A DNA stretch of 64,000 nt from Eledone cirrhosa (Eukaryota). Below the pieces are notes generated by a model. It was given only the letters and a program-made list of their open reading frames with translations. It was not told the DNA's origin and searched no databases. Position 1 is the first letter of the stretch. The number at the start of each line of letters is the position of its first letter. The translations under genes were made by a program, and so were the position numbers. This document shows positions 1 through 14,662 of this stretch, piece after piece. The stretch covers positions 388,802,001 through 388,866,000 of the forward strand of contig OZ024740.1 in assembly GCA_964016885.1 (NCBI GenBank), in the 5' to 3' direction.

Positions 1-276
1 AGCACAAAAAATGAACACTAAAATAAGATAACAACTCTTTAATCTAAAATTTCTTTTTTTTTTGGGGGGGGGGGGGGGGGGGATTTTTTTTTTTATATAT
101 TTGCCTGTTAGAAAATTATAGAAACAAATATATGATACCACAGTCAAAAAGTTTTTCTTTCTATATCATTTAAATAGAAAGTAACTTATAACAAGTAAAT
201 AAATGTAAAGTAAATTGTATATTTATATGTAGTAGGAACACAACTAATATAAGATTGATTATAACGCACGCACTGG

Positions 277-330
277 AGAAGAAGAAGAAGAAGAAGAAGA
301 AGAAGAAGAAGAAGAAGAAGAAGAAGAAGA
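277..330 (+). repeat. (GAA)n microsatellite
   Basis: Pure gaa trinucleotide run. Confidence 0.95.
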
Positions 331-1080
331 TTAGCAAGCGTTAAGAAAATAAATTTCCGATTTAAGTCCCTAGTCTTTTATAAATTATTTTGTTACGTTC
401 ATTTCATTTACTTTCATCTTTGTTTTCTTCCTTCCATTTCTGCTGTCATTAAGGGCAATTATGTTTTTCAAAGTGGATATTATATTATGTCCAGTTCGGC
501 ATAATCACGTTTATAAATATCCGACGTTAGTTAAGAAATGTCGGCAGCAATAGATTTTCATTTTTTATTTTGTTTTATTTTATTTCTTTATTATTTTGTT
601 GTTTTTTTCTTTTTAATCTTTTAAGCTACATCAATAATTTCTGGTGAAATACTGTCTGCAAGAAAGAGTTAGTCTTATAATGGCATCTTACAGCCGCTTT
701 TCCTTTTCAGCATACATAAAAGAGAATAGTCTCACATATCTTTTGGGAATTACTTTTGAAGTTGGAAAATCTTCTTGCATCTAAAAGCAGTTTTAAATGA
801 GCTTTCAATTTCGTGAAGAACGTATTTGCTTCTGACATCACTTCAGTTGTACGGTATAGTTCCGAGTAATTCGAATTAAAATGATTGTCATTTGACTTCA
901 TTTGTAAAACAAAGATTTCCTGGAGTCTTTCTTGTAACCATAGGTATGGTGCTTTTTCAAAAAATAAAAATAAAAACATTAAAATAGTTTCTTTTACTCT
1001 TGAAAACTCATTAATTTCATAACATTCTTTTCTTTTTTTGAGAGAGAAAGAGTATGTGTGTCTGTGTGAAAGAGAGATAG

Positions 1081-1117
<37 letters not shown>

Positions 1118-1333
1118 TCTTTCTTTATTTGCCAAAAGGGCGTACAAAAAATGGGACATTACAAGACGTGACGGCGGGGGTTTTACATAAAAATAACTTT
1201 AACATTAATAAATAACAATAAATAGGGGAACGTTACTGCAGGGTTGTTTTACACCTCGTGGATAGAACAACCCTCAACACCAGGAACACGTTTTGTAGGT
1301 GTTCCTGACTTCCCTCTGTTTATCTTCCTCAAC

Positions 1334-4300
1334 CTACAGGTTTATATACAGAGAATGCCCACTCACTCGGGCAATTTTCGCCACATTCACCCACCTTTCA
1401 GTGAAATTACTGGGGTGTAGCACCTCTCTCTCCACTCTCACCTTCCTTCTGAAGTGATACTTAAAGAAGGGGATAAGTTGTTGTCCGGAGAGAAAGGTGT
1501 TTACCCTCAGTCCTTTTAACCTCGTCCACCATATTACTTCTTTCGCCATAGCCACCATACAGAGGAAAACCGCCTCACCTTCGTTCTTAAATGAAGGCGG
1601 CGGGGTGATCCTCACGATGGGCTCTGCTGACAACTGGATGCGTCCCACACGTGACAGCAGCTGTTCGACATAATTCCACAGGTCGGTCACCCCTGTGCAC
1701 TGAACAATTGCGTGCAGAACGGTTTCGATGTCCTGCTCGCATCTTGGACAGGTCCTTTTGGCAGGATCTCTGCCAGGACGTCCGTGTTTGTAGATTTTGT
1801 CTCGAACTGGTAGAGCTCCTCGGTGGCACTGCTAGGCCAGAGGCCTCTGGAAGTTATCCATAGGTCCAGGACGGAAAGTCCTCCCGACAGACTGGTCAGT
1901 TCGTCCTCCTCGATCCCTAGAGTTTCCCCAAGAACGTCGTCGCACTTATTCTCCACTAATCCCCTATAGAATGTCGAAGTGGAGTCTCCGCTGATTGGCG
2001 TTTCCTCTTGGTAGAAGGCTGTAAGAGCCTGTAGGCACTCGAGGTGCCAGGCACCCATTTTCGGTCTTCGCTTGACCCAGGACTGCAGCTCTGTTAGTGA
2101 GACGAGTTGTGGAAGAGCTTGTCTCACAAACGACAGCCACACCGGTCAGGAATAACTGGAGATGGCGTAGCCTCAGCGCGTGTTTGTGCATCATCAGCCA
2201 CGGCAAGCCCAGCCCTCCGTTAGAAGGGTGTTGACAGCAGATGGATTTCATCACCAATGGAGCCTGTTTCTTCCAGAGGAACTTGAAGAGTAGGCGTTCC
2301 ATTTTGGTAAGGTATTTGCGGGGGCAAGGCACGACTGTCAAGCGGTAGTAGATGACGAACGCTATGTAAGTGTTCACCACCTCCACTCGACCTTTCAAGA
2401 AGAGTTTGCACTTAGCCCAGTTCTGGGTGAGTGCAAACACCTTCGCTGTGACCTCGTTCCAGTTCTTGTCCACCTGGAGGTCTGGACCAAACCAGACCCC
2501 GAGCAATTTCACCGGTCCTTCCGTCCAGCGTCCAACGACACTGTCGGAAGGCATGGGTTTGCCTCTCCATGTGCCGAGTTGCAAACCGACAGACTTGTTT
2601 GGGTTTAGTCTTGCTCCTGTCAACGTTTCGTATTCTTGTAATAGGTTGCCGATTACCCTGATTTCCGAGGTTTTCGACACCATTACGGTTATGTCGTCGG
2701 CATAGGCCGACACTGCTTTCCGCAGTCCTGGTTCGATCGGGATGCCCTGCAACAACTCTAGCTTCCGCAGTAACGGCTCGAGAGTCAGTTCATACAGAAT
2801 GGAGGAGAGAGGGCATCCCTGACGGATGGAACGCATGATTTGTAATGGCTCTGATAGGTAGCCACTCACCTTGACTGCCGAGCAGATGCTGGTGTGCATG
2901 GCAGCGATCCAGCCTCTGAAGACGGGACCGAAGCCGGCCGCCTTGAGAACTGCTTCCAAGTATTAATTGTCGACCCTATTAAATGCCTTAGACTGATCTA
3001 AATTGATCAGAGCCCCACCGAAGCCAGGTTTACACCCTACTCTCTCTATGATGTATCGCATGAGGTGGAGGTTGTCGTGTATAGACCTGGTCGGGATTGC
3101 ACACGTTTGGGCTTCCCCTACCAGGTTCTCGACAAGCGCCAGCCTTGCTGCTAACACTTTTGGCCAAAATCTTTAACTCTGTGTTGAACAGTTATGGGCT
3201 TGAAATTGCTTATCTCATCCCCCCTTGTTCTCATCTTTCCTGATCAGCGTTACTACGCCTCTGCCTATAGAACTGGGAATCCTCCCGTTCTGCTGCCAGT
3301 TGCAGTAGACCGCTTCGAGGACGCCAGAGTACAAGTCTGGCATCCCTATGTAAAACTCATAGAGTAGACCATCTAAACCGGGTGATTTGCGTTTCCCGCA
3401 GCGGCCTCGGGCATCTTCTATTTCGCCCGCTGTGATCGGCCTTTCGCAGCTCTCTGCATCCGTACTCGAGAGTCGCGGTACGCCATCGAGGTAGGAGTTG
3501 AAGTCCTTCACCTCGCTCGATGTACGGCTTTGCCCGAACAGTTATGCAAAATGCTGCTGGAAGGCCGCTCGTTTCTTTTGGCTCCCTCGTTTCTTAGAGC
3601 ACTTATTCTACTTCTGACAATACAACCTTCGTGTTTCACATTGAAGAACTGGTCTAGTGCCGTTCTCGCCGCTAGCACGTCAGCTGTACTGCCATTCCTA
3701 AATGCCTCTTCTATTTTAGCTACCAGTTCCTTTTCAGTTTTGTTTTCTTTTTTCTAAAGCTACTTCTTTGCTAAATGCTATCGATTCTATTCTAATTGCT
3801 CTCTTGAGAGAGCTCCACCAACTGTTGTTGATGATCGTCCCCATCAACTGGCACTTAACTAAGGTGCTTATCCGTTTACTGTAGGCCTAAGCGCCGGCAG
3901 CGACATGTTTAGCTTCCAGTATCCCGGTCCCTGCCTATGTGTTCTATCAAGGTTGACTACGCAGGTGACTAATTTGTGGTTTGAATAGGCAACCATGTGC
4001 ATTTGTGGACAGCTTAATGTTTCCTTATCATTCTGTTTAATTAAAAATCTATCTAAATACGATCTAGAAGACCCAATGCGGTTGCTCCATGTCCACAGTG
4101 GTGCACTTCGGAAGTCTAGTCGATATCTATCAGCAATTGGAATTGGCTGATGAGATTTTTGAGGCTATTACACCCCCACCCCCCTCTATTATCACAAGCT
4201 CCTACATAGTCCCAACGCGCGTCTAAGATGCCATTCCAGTCCCCCGCTAACACTAAGGAGCGAGACGTTTCCAGGAATGGCTCCAGACGCTTGAAGAACT

Positions 4301-4661
4301 CTGGTCGCGATGTCCCAGTCGGGGCATATACGGCCACCAGTCTGAAAGCTCCACCTTCACTACCATTCACGTCCAGGACCACCAGGCTGCCCTCCGGGTC
4401 CAAGTGAATCGTCTGTATTTTGAGATCCAAGTTTTTTCGAAACAGAACAGCAACTCCCCATCCACCTCCTAGTTGACAGAGAGATGCGTAGATCTCAAAA
4501 TCATCGATCATGGGGGTTAGCTGCTGCTTGTCGTGAATCCTGGACTCGGTGATGGCTATCACATCTATACAATGTGACCTGAGATCATTTAAAAGCTGGC
4601 CCTGTTTCCAGGACATGCCCAGGCCACGTACATTTAAACATCCAGCTTGTATAGTCGCCAT
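1334..4661 (-). pseudogene. LINE ORF2 (APE endonuclease + reverse transcriptase + C-terminal CCHC), frameshifted and with stops
   Basis: APE motifs LNVRGL, ITES, VYAPT, LAGDWN; RT motifs KSPGLDGL, LDQSKAFNRVD, IRQGCPLS, AYADDIT; CPRCEQDIETVLHAIVQC read from ~1697-1750. Confidence 0.93.
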
Positions 4662-4701
4662 GTTGGTGAAGAAGAATTAAGGAGAGAAAAGGCAGGAACA
4701 C

Positions 4702-6455
4702 TTACCTTTTCGTTTCCTGGAGGTCGGGTTGTTCGACCTCCATATCCAGATTGGTGGTGTTTGGGGATGGAGGGAAGCCTTTTAGCAGGACACGGTTAAG
4801 GGGCTTTTGGCAAGTGGGGCCCACATCATGTGGGAAGTTCTCTTTTAAAGTTTCATACTGTAGGGTTGTTACCCTGATAAGTTTGAGGTTTGGGAGTGGT
4901 TCGTTGGTGAGGAAGGTTTTCCCTTCCGTTTGTACTGTGGGGTCCTTTCGGATAGTTTCCACCAGTTCTTTGTTTCTTGTTTTTATGTATGTGTAATGTG
5001 TTTTGTTTTTTATGTGTACTGTTTCTGTTTGTAGTTTTCTTTTTGTGGTTGGGATTTGTGATTGTGGTGGTGTGGGTGTGTGTTTTGTTGGTGAAGTGTT
5101 TGGTTGTGTTGGTGGTGATTGTATTGTTGGTGTGTTTGTCGTTTGTGGCGGTGTGTTTATGGTGGGGTTGGGTGTGTGCGTGTTTTCTGTAGATGTTTTT
5201 GTGTCTTTTTTGTCTCTTTATTGTTTTTTGGATTTTAGGGGTTCCTCTTCATTCTCACTTGGAGATGTAGAGTTTCCTGTGTCTGAGATTTCTGAATCAG
5301 GAGTAGGTGGGAGGGGTATCTTGTGTGGTGGACTGTTTGTGCAGGTGTTTGTGGAAGTATTTGACAGGGAAGGAGGAGGCAATGGAGGGTTTTTCAGTAG
5401 GATTTTTTGTGTGTGGTTGTCTCTGGTCTGTGGTAGTGTGGGAGTGGATGTTGCAGGTTTTTGTGTTGTGTTTGGTTTGGGGTGTTGATGTTGGGGTTTT
5501 GGTGTTGGTAATAACACCTTGTTTGTCCTCGGTTTGTTTAAGAGAGGGCAAAAGGCTTTTAAGTGTGTGATTTTCCCACATTTATGGCACTGAGATCTTT
5601 TCCTCTCCACTAAAATGGAGATGACATCTTCAGGATGCAGCGTAGGATCCACCATATGTTGACCTCTGCTGGGATCCTGGTTATTTTTATTTTGTAGGAT
5701 CTTCTTCCCATGAATGTGGGGAAGAAGATGTGGTGATCCGTTTTTATTGGGTGAACCGAGTGTTTTTGTGCCAGAGTTTCGCTCTTAAAGAGCACTGACA
5801 CACTTCCATACTGTTTACCTCTTTGGAGGTATGCCACGTCTGGCTTGATATCTTTTAGTGCAGCTTCAATAGTGCTTGTTGGGAGCGTTATGGTTTTTTT
5901 GGTAGTGATGTCAACTGTTCTATAGATTAGTTTCTTTTTCTGTGTCATTTCTCTTATTTGTGGGGGGTATGTGTATGTGTGGGGTGTCTCCCTCAAACGT
6001 CACATAGCTGGAAGCTTCTTCCAAATATTGGGACTTTTGGGAAATGTCCATGGAGTAATATTTAAAATCCTGTTGCTTAGCAACTGTTGCTGCAAATGAA
6101 ATGTTGTTATTTTTGTTGGTGGTGGTGATGATGGTCTCATTCGTTATGTTGCCACTGATTCCTTTTGTTGTGTTGTTGTTGTTCTCATTTATTGTGTTGT
6201 TGTTCTTGTTGCTTGTGGTGGTGTTAGTATTTGCTACATATACTTCCTTCTGTGTGTGGATACATGTGACGTTTGTGACGTCAGGCGTGTTCAGTTGCTT
6301 ATAAGCAGCTGAAGCTTGTACCACTTCTAAATGTTGAGGCGATAATGTTGGCATTCCTTTGTCCATGTCTGCTACTACCTGCTGGTCAAGTAGGCATGGC
6401 TTTCCCTTCCCATCTTCTTGTATTGACAAAGAAGTAGGTGCTTTGCTTCGGCCAT
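4702..6455 (-). pseudogene. LINE ORF1 (gag-like, CCHC zinc knuckle), frameshifted
   Basis: ORFs 5920-6429, 5610-5996, 5218-5655 and 4702-4962 lie in series upstream of ORF2. CHKCGKITHLKAFC is a CX2CX4HX4C knuckle. Confidence 0.8.
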
Positions 6456-6679
6456 TTTTTAAAAATTGAAATGTTTTGCAAAAATATTTTCGAAAATATG
6501 TTGGATGTGTTTGCCCTGAGGGTCACGATATTTTGGAAGGCTGACCAGATCAAAATTTGACCTGTCAGTCCCTCTACAAATTGTTATAAAAATAAAAGTT
6601 CACAATGACAAATTTCTAAAGAAATTTAAACAAAACTTACCGAGCAAGTTTAACACGTGTGCCCATCCCACAACAAAGG

Positions 6680-6800
<121 letters not shown>

Positions 6801-7404
6801 ATACTTCAAACCGAAAAATATTATTTGTCTCCCAAAGATTCTCTGTAATTAACAGATAATACTCCAAGTTAGGCACTAGCTTTAATGTACTAAATTCACC
6901 ATTGTGTCTATTAAGATTCAATTGGCGGAAGCGTTTCTTATAGATTGCCATGTTGCACAGGATTATATTGATTCGAAAAATGTTGTTAACAAGTAAGGAA
7001 TGAAGTCAACGAAGTATGTTTTTAACACTCTTTTTATAAGATAGATAGGCGTAATTCAATATATCTGAATTATACCAGTTAATTAATTCTCAAATAGGAT
7101 GTAAAAAATTGATCTGTTCAATTCCGACACTTAAGACATTGTTATAATTTTGAACAAATTTGTAACTTGGAAATTTTGACATGGTTTTTGTTGTTGGTAT
7201 AATCGAGATTGTTATAATCATTGTCGTTTTTACTTTGATCTAATTGAGCGAAACTCTGATCAAAGATATTTCAACTATAATCATACAGTGTCGTTTTCTT
7301 CTTTGTTTGTTTGTTTGTTTGTTTTTTGTTTTTCGGAAATCTCGGAATTCATTATCGCGTGTCCTTTTTTTTTAATCAATTTAAAACGGGGTGTCATTAT
7401 ATGA

Positions 7405-7587
7405 ATTGGCAGTATCGGTAGAGGGTTGGACGCCAGGCTTTGAAGCATAGAGTTACTTCCCTTTATGATCTGAGCTCAAATCCCGCCGAGGTTAACTTTA
7501 CCTTTCATTCTTATTGGGTCGATAAAATAAAGTACCAGTAATGTACTGGTTAATTGCTGGCCTTGTGCCAAAAGTAGAAACAATTAT
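7405..7587 (+). mobile_element. tRNA-derived SINE, main family (~185 bp, Nin/Deu-like central domain)
   Basis: A-box-like tggcagtatcgg, B-box-like g(t/c)tcaaatcc, central ccgaggttaacttt..ctttcatcc..gggtcgataaaataaagtaccag, tail ggccttgtgccaaaagtagaaacaatt. Repeated many times in the window. Confidence 0.85.
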
Positions 7588-7959
7588 ATATATATAACAG
7601 GTTACATGAGCTGAATTTGGAGGTGAGTACCAGTAGCGAATTGTATATGCATAAGAACCAGTGGAGGCGAATTTAGAATGAAACAATATAATTAATTTTT
7701 TTATTGTACCAGTTTATATAATGGTGTGGTCCTCTTTATAGATATTGATGTTATACTTTGTATAAGTGATTTCTCTTTGTTTGGTGATGTATGTTGTTTG
7801 GAAATATTTGTTAATATTCTTGGGTGTATTTACTGTATTTTCGTATATATTTATTTATATCATAAGTAGGTTTAGTGTGTGCGCTTGATTTTGTCATGTT
7901 AGTTAGCCATGCACTCTCTATGGAAGCCCCTTTGGCTCTATTGCTCGATCTGCCAGGAG

Positions 7960-8250
7960 ACCAATCTCAGTATTTACAGCACATCGGTCCTCTACGTTCT
8001 CCTCCATTTAGCAGAAACGTAGCCCCTACCAAAGACCCTGGCAATGAGGATTGACAGCTTCGATAGCAGAACCCTGAGGATCATGAAAAACATCAGGTGG
8101 GACCACCACGTTCCCAACAAAGTGTTGCGTGTGCGCACGCATCAGCTCACAGCTTCCCAACGCATGCGCTGGTACGGAGATGTCGTCCGCTTTCCAGCAG
8201 ATCATCATACCACACTAGAAGAGGCCACACTGCAGGCCCCTCACCAGATG
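7960..8250 (+). mobile_element. RTE-like LINE 3' fragment
   Basis: IDSFDSRTLRIMKNIRWDHHVPNKVL...RMRWYGDVVR resembles the RTE post-RT region. Confidence 0.6.
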
Positions 8251-8428
8251 ATATATATTCATCAACTTGAGCCCAGCGAGTTAGTTGGTCATTTTAGTGG
8301 TGGTATGGATATGGATATTTTATTAATGATTTCTTTAGGCTGCTTACACATCTCAAATATGGTTAATTATATCTGATGTTATTTATATTCATATGTTGGA
8401 TTCACAAACACACACACACACACACACA

Positions 8429-8509
<81 letters not shown>

Positions 8510-8513
<4 letters not shown>

Positions 8514-8558
8514 CCGTCGAAACGGCTTGAGCTCTGCCATCGGGGTCTTGAACATTTT

Positions 8559-8647
<89 letters not shown>

Positions 8648-8668
8648 GAAAATGTTCAAGACTCCGAC
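8510..8668. mobile_element. Fragment of hammerhead element family A, with an inverted copy across a (TA)n tract
   Basis: tcgaaacggcttgagctctgcc..cgggg matches the 9.3, 41.7 and 42.6 kb copies. gtcttgaacattttcc-(TA)n-ggaaaatgttcaagac is an inverted repeat. Confidence 0.7.
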
Positions 8669-8680
8669 ATACATACATAC

Positions 8681-8739
<59 letters not shown>

Positions 8740-9133
8740 GTATGTATTTATGTATATATATATGTGTTCAATGAAAAAGAGTCAGTTGATTTAGAATCAG
8801 CTGACTTATATATATCAGTTGTCAAGCACTCGACAGTATATGTTTAACCGGATGTTTATTATAATAGCTATGATTTCATTTATTAGCCACAAGGGCCGAC
8901 ATGTAGGGTACAATACAAAGACACAGACAGTGGGGGTTTACAACAAGGTCGAGTAAAAGTGCACAATGGCAAGACTAATTTAACAATGATGATATAAAAA
9001 ATGTAAAGACAGTTACTTTAGACTAACCTAATTTGTTTTATTATGCGTATAATAAAATACATTGAGATGGTCTAAAGCAACTGTCTTCGTTTATTATATA
9101 TATATATATAAATATATATTATATATATATATT

Positions 9134-9414
<281 letters not shown>

Positions 9415-9564
9415 ATACATATATATATATATTTATGAATGTATATATAATGTATTTTGCAATACACTTTATGCTTAATTAAAAGCATTTTGAAGATCGT
9501 ATGCTATTGTTTTAGAGTAGTGACAAACTCACTTACTTTAATCTCAGCAAACAGGGGGAGATAA

Positions 9565-9610
9565 AGCCGACAAGGCCTTGTTTCTGCATTTTTTTATGCT
9601 TATCAAGGCT
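9565..9610 (-). ncRNA. Type I hammerhead ribozyme, U3-A8 core variant
   Basis: Minus strand reads agcc-UUGAUAA-gcau(A)n augc-a-GAAAC-aaggccuu-GUC-ggcu. Confidence 0.72.
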
Positions 9611-9738
9611 AACTACTCCCTCCCGTCTACTGAGATCACTGATGTTATATTCTTATAGAATTCTAGTAAATAATCAGGAACTGATTATACAGAGGGGTTG
9701 CCGGTCAGGCAGAAATTAAAAATTAGGAGGGAGTAGTT

Positions 9739-9784
9739 AGCCTTGATAAGCATCAAAAAATACAGAAACAAGGCCTTGTCGGCT
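9739..9784 (+). ncRNA. Type I hammerhead ribozyme, U3-A8 core variant
   Basis: agcc ttgataa gcatcaaaaaatac a gaaac aaggcctt gtc ggct; stem II is degraded in this copy. Confidence 0.65.
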
Positions 9785-10057
9785 TTATCTCCCCCTGTTT
9801 GCTGAGATTAAAGTGAGTTTGTCACTACTCTAAAACAATAACATACGGACTTCAAAATGCTTTTAATTAAGCATAAAGTGTATTGCAAAATACATTATAT
9901 ATACATTCATATATATATATGGCTATTTCAGAGCTCAAATTCTAATTTTTAATTTCTGCCTGACCGGCAACCGCTCTGTATAATCAGTTCCTGATTATTT
10001 ACTAGAATTCTATAAGAATATAACATCAGCGATCTCAGTAGATGGGAGGGAGTAGTT

Positions 10058-10104
10058 AGCCTTGATAAGCATAAAAAAAAAGCAGAAACAAGGTCTTGTC
10101 GGCT
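10058..10104 (+). ncRNA. Type I hammerhead ribozyme, U3-A8 core variant
   Basis: agcc ttgataa gc(...)gc a gaaac aaggtctt gtc ggct. Confidence 0.65.
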
Positions 10105-10271
10105 TTATCTCCCCCTGTTTGCTGAGATTAAAGTAAGTGAGTTTCTCACTACTCTAAAACAATAACATACGGTCTTCAAAATGCTTTTAATTAAGCATAA
10201 AGTGTATTGCAAAATACATTATATATACATTCATATATATATGGCTATTTCAGAGCTCCAATTCTAATATA

Positions 10272-10330
<59 letters not shown>

Positions 10331-10466
10331 TAAACACGTTTTATGATATAATGCTCTGATTTTTTGATTTTAACTTATTAATTCTTCATTGAGCTTAAAA
10401 GTGAACAGTTGCAACACATATATGTATCATTGATTTAATTTAATTTAATTTTATGTATGTGATAAC

Positions 10467-10581
<115 letters not shown>

Positions 10582-10604
10582 TATATTATATATATATATA
10601 TATT

Positions 10605-11436
<832 letters not shown>

Positions 11437-11606
11437 AATACGTCAATACACATCTTTTTCCATTTCTTAGAGGGTTCTAAACCCCACTTTCAGGCTAAAA
11501 TTTTTTTAGTCCAAAAATACGGCTAAAGCGTCTATTTCTAATTTCAAACTCCCTCGCTGTTTCAAAACATACTAACTTGTCATATATATATATATATATC
11601 ATCTCA

Positions 11607-11850
11607 TCTAGGGCGGGTAAAATTCCCGAGATCCATGGACGAGTTCTCTCCAACGGTCTCTGTCCCTCTTAATCGCTGCTATGTCATGCGTCTCCAAGAG
11701 ACCAGTGTCTGTCCTTAGGGCATCAAAATATGTTAACCTTGGTCTTCCTCCTCCAGTGTGTCCATGCAGGGGCTCCCACAGGAGCACTGAGTGCAGTGTC
11801 AACTCTGGATGTCGGTGAACATCTTCAGAAATGCCACCTGAAGAGCGGTG
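11607..11850 (-). mobile_element. RTE-like LINE extreme 3' fragment
   Basis: VLLWEPLHGHTGGGRPRLTYFDALRTDTGL...DRDRWRELV, a typical RTE ORF C-terminus. Confidence 0.75.
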
Positions 11851-12154
11851 TTTTGCTTCTGTATATATGGTGGTGCACGTGACCATGTGTGTTTCGTGGT
11901 GTATCCATCAATTTATACATATTCATGAAAAGAGAAGAACAATATTTTGACATGCAATTAATACGAACGTGCACTGACATATTTCATATTGTGGTTTATT
12001 TAATTTAGTACGACGACGTTTCTTCTCTAAAAATTATTACCTCAACTTAATTAAAGTAAGATGTAATATATATATATATATATATATTTAACGTGTATGT
12101 ATATATATATATATATACAAATATTAATAAAATAGATGTTCTTTTGATCAATTA

Positions 12155-12209
12155 AATTTTATTATACATATTTCAGAGGTACAACAGTACGTCCTCATCA
12201 GACAAAATA
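12155..12209 (-). ncRNA. Minimal hammerhead ribozyme (family C)
   Basis: attttgt CUGAUGA ggacgtac..gtacct ct GAAA tatgta ta ataaaat. Same stem III / stem I tail as 31946-32010. Confidence 0.7.
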
Positions 12210-13719
12210 TAATGATACATGACATACCCTGAGATGTTAAATGGTTAAGATTTAATCAAGGTAGTGATTTAATCAAGGTAGAGAAAACTCAACATTTATA
12301 CCCTAATAATGAGAAAATGTGAAAACGTAATAAATTCAATAGAGGATGTATGAATAAGAAAAACGTTGCTTAATGTGACAGCTATAGAGATTTTAAAATG
12401 TGGGATACTACAAATTATGGTTATCTAGGAAAACATCTCTTGAATTATAACTGTTTATGGAGGCAACTGATAGAAGATTTAAAGAGAGGGAGAGATAAAG
12501 GGGAGTAATATATGCAGAAATTTTTTTTTTCCTTAAAGGCTATATATATATATATGCATATGCATATCCAGAAATGTAATGTATACTGTAAATCATAGTG
12601 TGCCTATTTCGAATCTTAGCTTTAGATAATTCATATAGCTTATACATTTGAATATGAACATCAGAAAATCTATTTTTGGAACCAACATTATAACATATAA
12701 ATATTTAACGTATAATTTTAGAATTGGTTTCATGTATCTAATTGTATTTCAATACTGAACTATAATTTGTGATAGATTAGCACAATCGGTAGTGTGTTTG
12801 ATAAAATGCATTTCGAGATTTTTTCCAGCTCATAACGTTCAGTTAGATCAACTTTGCCTTTTAGCCCTCCAGGGGTTATAAAACAGGTACCTGTTGATTA
12901 CTCTGCTTTTACTTATGTAATACATTATTACCTTATTTATGCTTTGGAAATATTTATGCACTTCTCAAGATAATTCCGAAATATACGAATGAGAGCATTT
13001 CCAAATGGTAAATCTAATACAGATATGTTAATCGAGTCGCCTATACTAGAAAAATTCTTCTCCAACGCAATACCATTTACAACAAATTGATTCAGCTAAT
13101 CTTCAGCTAACATTTATATTAAATAGAATTATATTATTGAGTTCATTGATACACATCAATTTTCTATTTTTGATTTAAGATATCGATTATGTTGCAGTGA
13201 AGAAACGTAATTCTACAAAATCAATGTTATTCGGATGGTGAGCTCTTAGAATGGAATCTGCCAGTCTTGAACTAATTTCCCATTCATAATTAATCTCAAA
13301 TCACGATGAAATGCTTTTTTTCTGCTCGTACTAGCATTGTTTTCGAGCAATTTATTCTCATATGTTCGTGGATACCTTTTCCATTACGTTAACTCCAGGT
13401 AATCAATATAATTTAACCTAATTTTATAGAGTGTATTTATGCAAAGTTAATGCAATAAAAGAAGAGACATGAAGAAAATATTTTAGGCGTCATTAGAGCT
13501 TATACAAATGACAGATGATGCCATTCATTACAGCTTTTAGTATTGCTATCTATACTCCAAACCAAGCGGATATGAAATATGTTCTGACGAGTGTACAGTA
13601 CCAGCAGTAAGACGGAATATAATATAATACGTGGAATATATATATATATATATTCACTCTACTTAGTATGATGTATTAAGATTCAAAATTAATAATATTA
13701 TTTATATATATTCATATTA

Positions 13720-13912
13720 GGGCGGTGAATCGGCAGTATCGGTAGAGGGTCGGACGCCATGCTTTGACGCATAGAATTACGGCCCTTGCCATTCTGAGTT
13801 CAAATCCCACCGAAGTTAACTTTGCCTTTCATCCTTACGGAGTCGATAAAATAAAGTACCAGAAATACACTAGGATAATTGCTGGCCTTGTGCCAAAAGT
13901 ATAAAACAATTA
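13720..13912 (+). mobile_element. tRNA-derived SINE, main family
   Basis: Full match to the family motifs. Confidence 0.9.
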
Positions 13913-14495
13913 TTTATATATTTATTTGTTTCAGTCATTAGGCTGAAACCGTGCTCTGAAATTGCCTTGAAAGGATTAAGACGGCTCCTTATTCTTTACG
14001 AACATTACGGACATAAATAAATAGTAAGCAAAAAGACGCACACAAAAATAAACATGTATATAACAATTTCCGTCTAACAATTTTCATTCAGAAGCCATTG
14101 GTCAACCCGACCCAATAGTAAAATTCCATTGCCCTTACTGCAATGCAGTGGCACAGAACCCAAAATCATGAGTTTGTGATGCCAATGTTTTAACTACACT
14201 GCCATACCCACGTTTTTTGTTTTGCTTTTTACACAAACAAGAAAAGATGTACACAAGGCATAGTGTAGAGTAAAATTATTTATTATATTTATTGTACTTC
14301 CAAATCGTGTATCATAAAAAATTTCCAGGAGACATTTTCCTGGTAGGACCACAGTGAATACCAGTTCAATATAAACTCTTCTGGCATGGCAATTTCGGTG
14401 CTGCCAGAAACCAAACATGTCCAAGACATGCGTTAAGGGACGAAAACACTGGTACACACTAGTTCAGGTTTTGTGCATTGCTGATCTGTATAGAC

Positions 14496-14662
14496 CACAG
14501 TTTCCCAAACTATTTGAAACGCGGAACCCTTTTTGGTTCGGAAACTTTTGGGGGAACCTCAAAGTCTAATAATGTTACATGGTCGTAATATAAATATACT
14601 CCTCTACTTTTTATCATTGAACCCAAGACACTCCTTTGTGGAACCCACTTTGGGAACCACTG
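14496..14662. mobile_element. hAT (Charlie/MER5-like) MITE
   Basis: Imperfect TIRs cacagtttcccaaac / tttgggaaccactg. 8-bp TSD gtatagac (14488-14495) / gtatcgac (14663-14670). Confidence 0.7.

Larger units (their letters stand above)
9435..10267. mobile_element. Retrozyme-like element: 319-bp unit, one inverted copy plus ~1.7 tandem copies, in (TA)n
   Basis: gagggagtagttag starts at 9727 and 10046 (period 319). 9435-9726 is the reverse complement of most of the unit. Each copy carries a hammerhead. Confidence 0.85.

Noticed and set aside
707-1159. 150-aa ORF
   Set aside because: It starts in the LINE tail and microsatellite and has no recognisable domain.
4977-5570. Hydrophobic V/C/L-rich plus-strand ORFs that look like membrane proteins
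   Set aside because: They are antisense shadows of the A/C-rich LINE ORF1.
12360-12490. Possible GIY-YIG relic (EATDRRFKER)
   Set aside because: Too short and degenerate to support.
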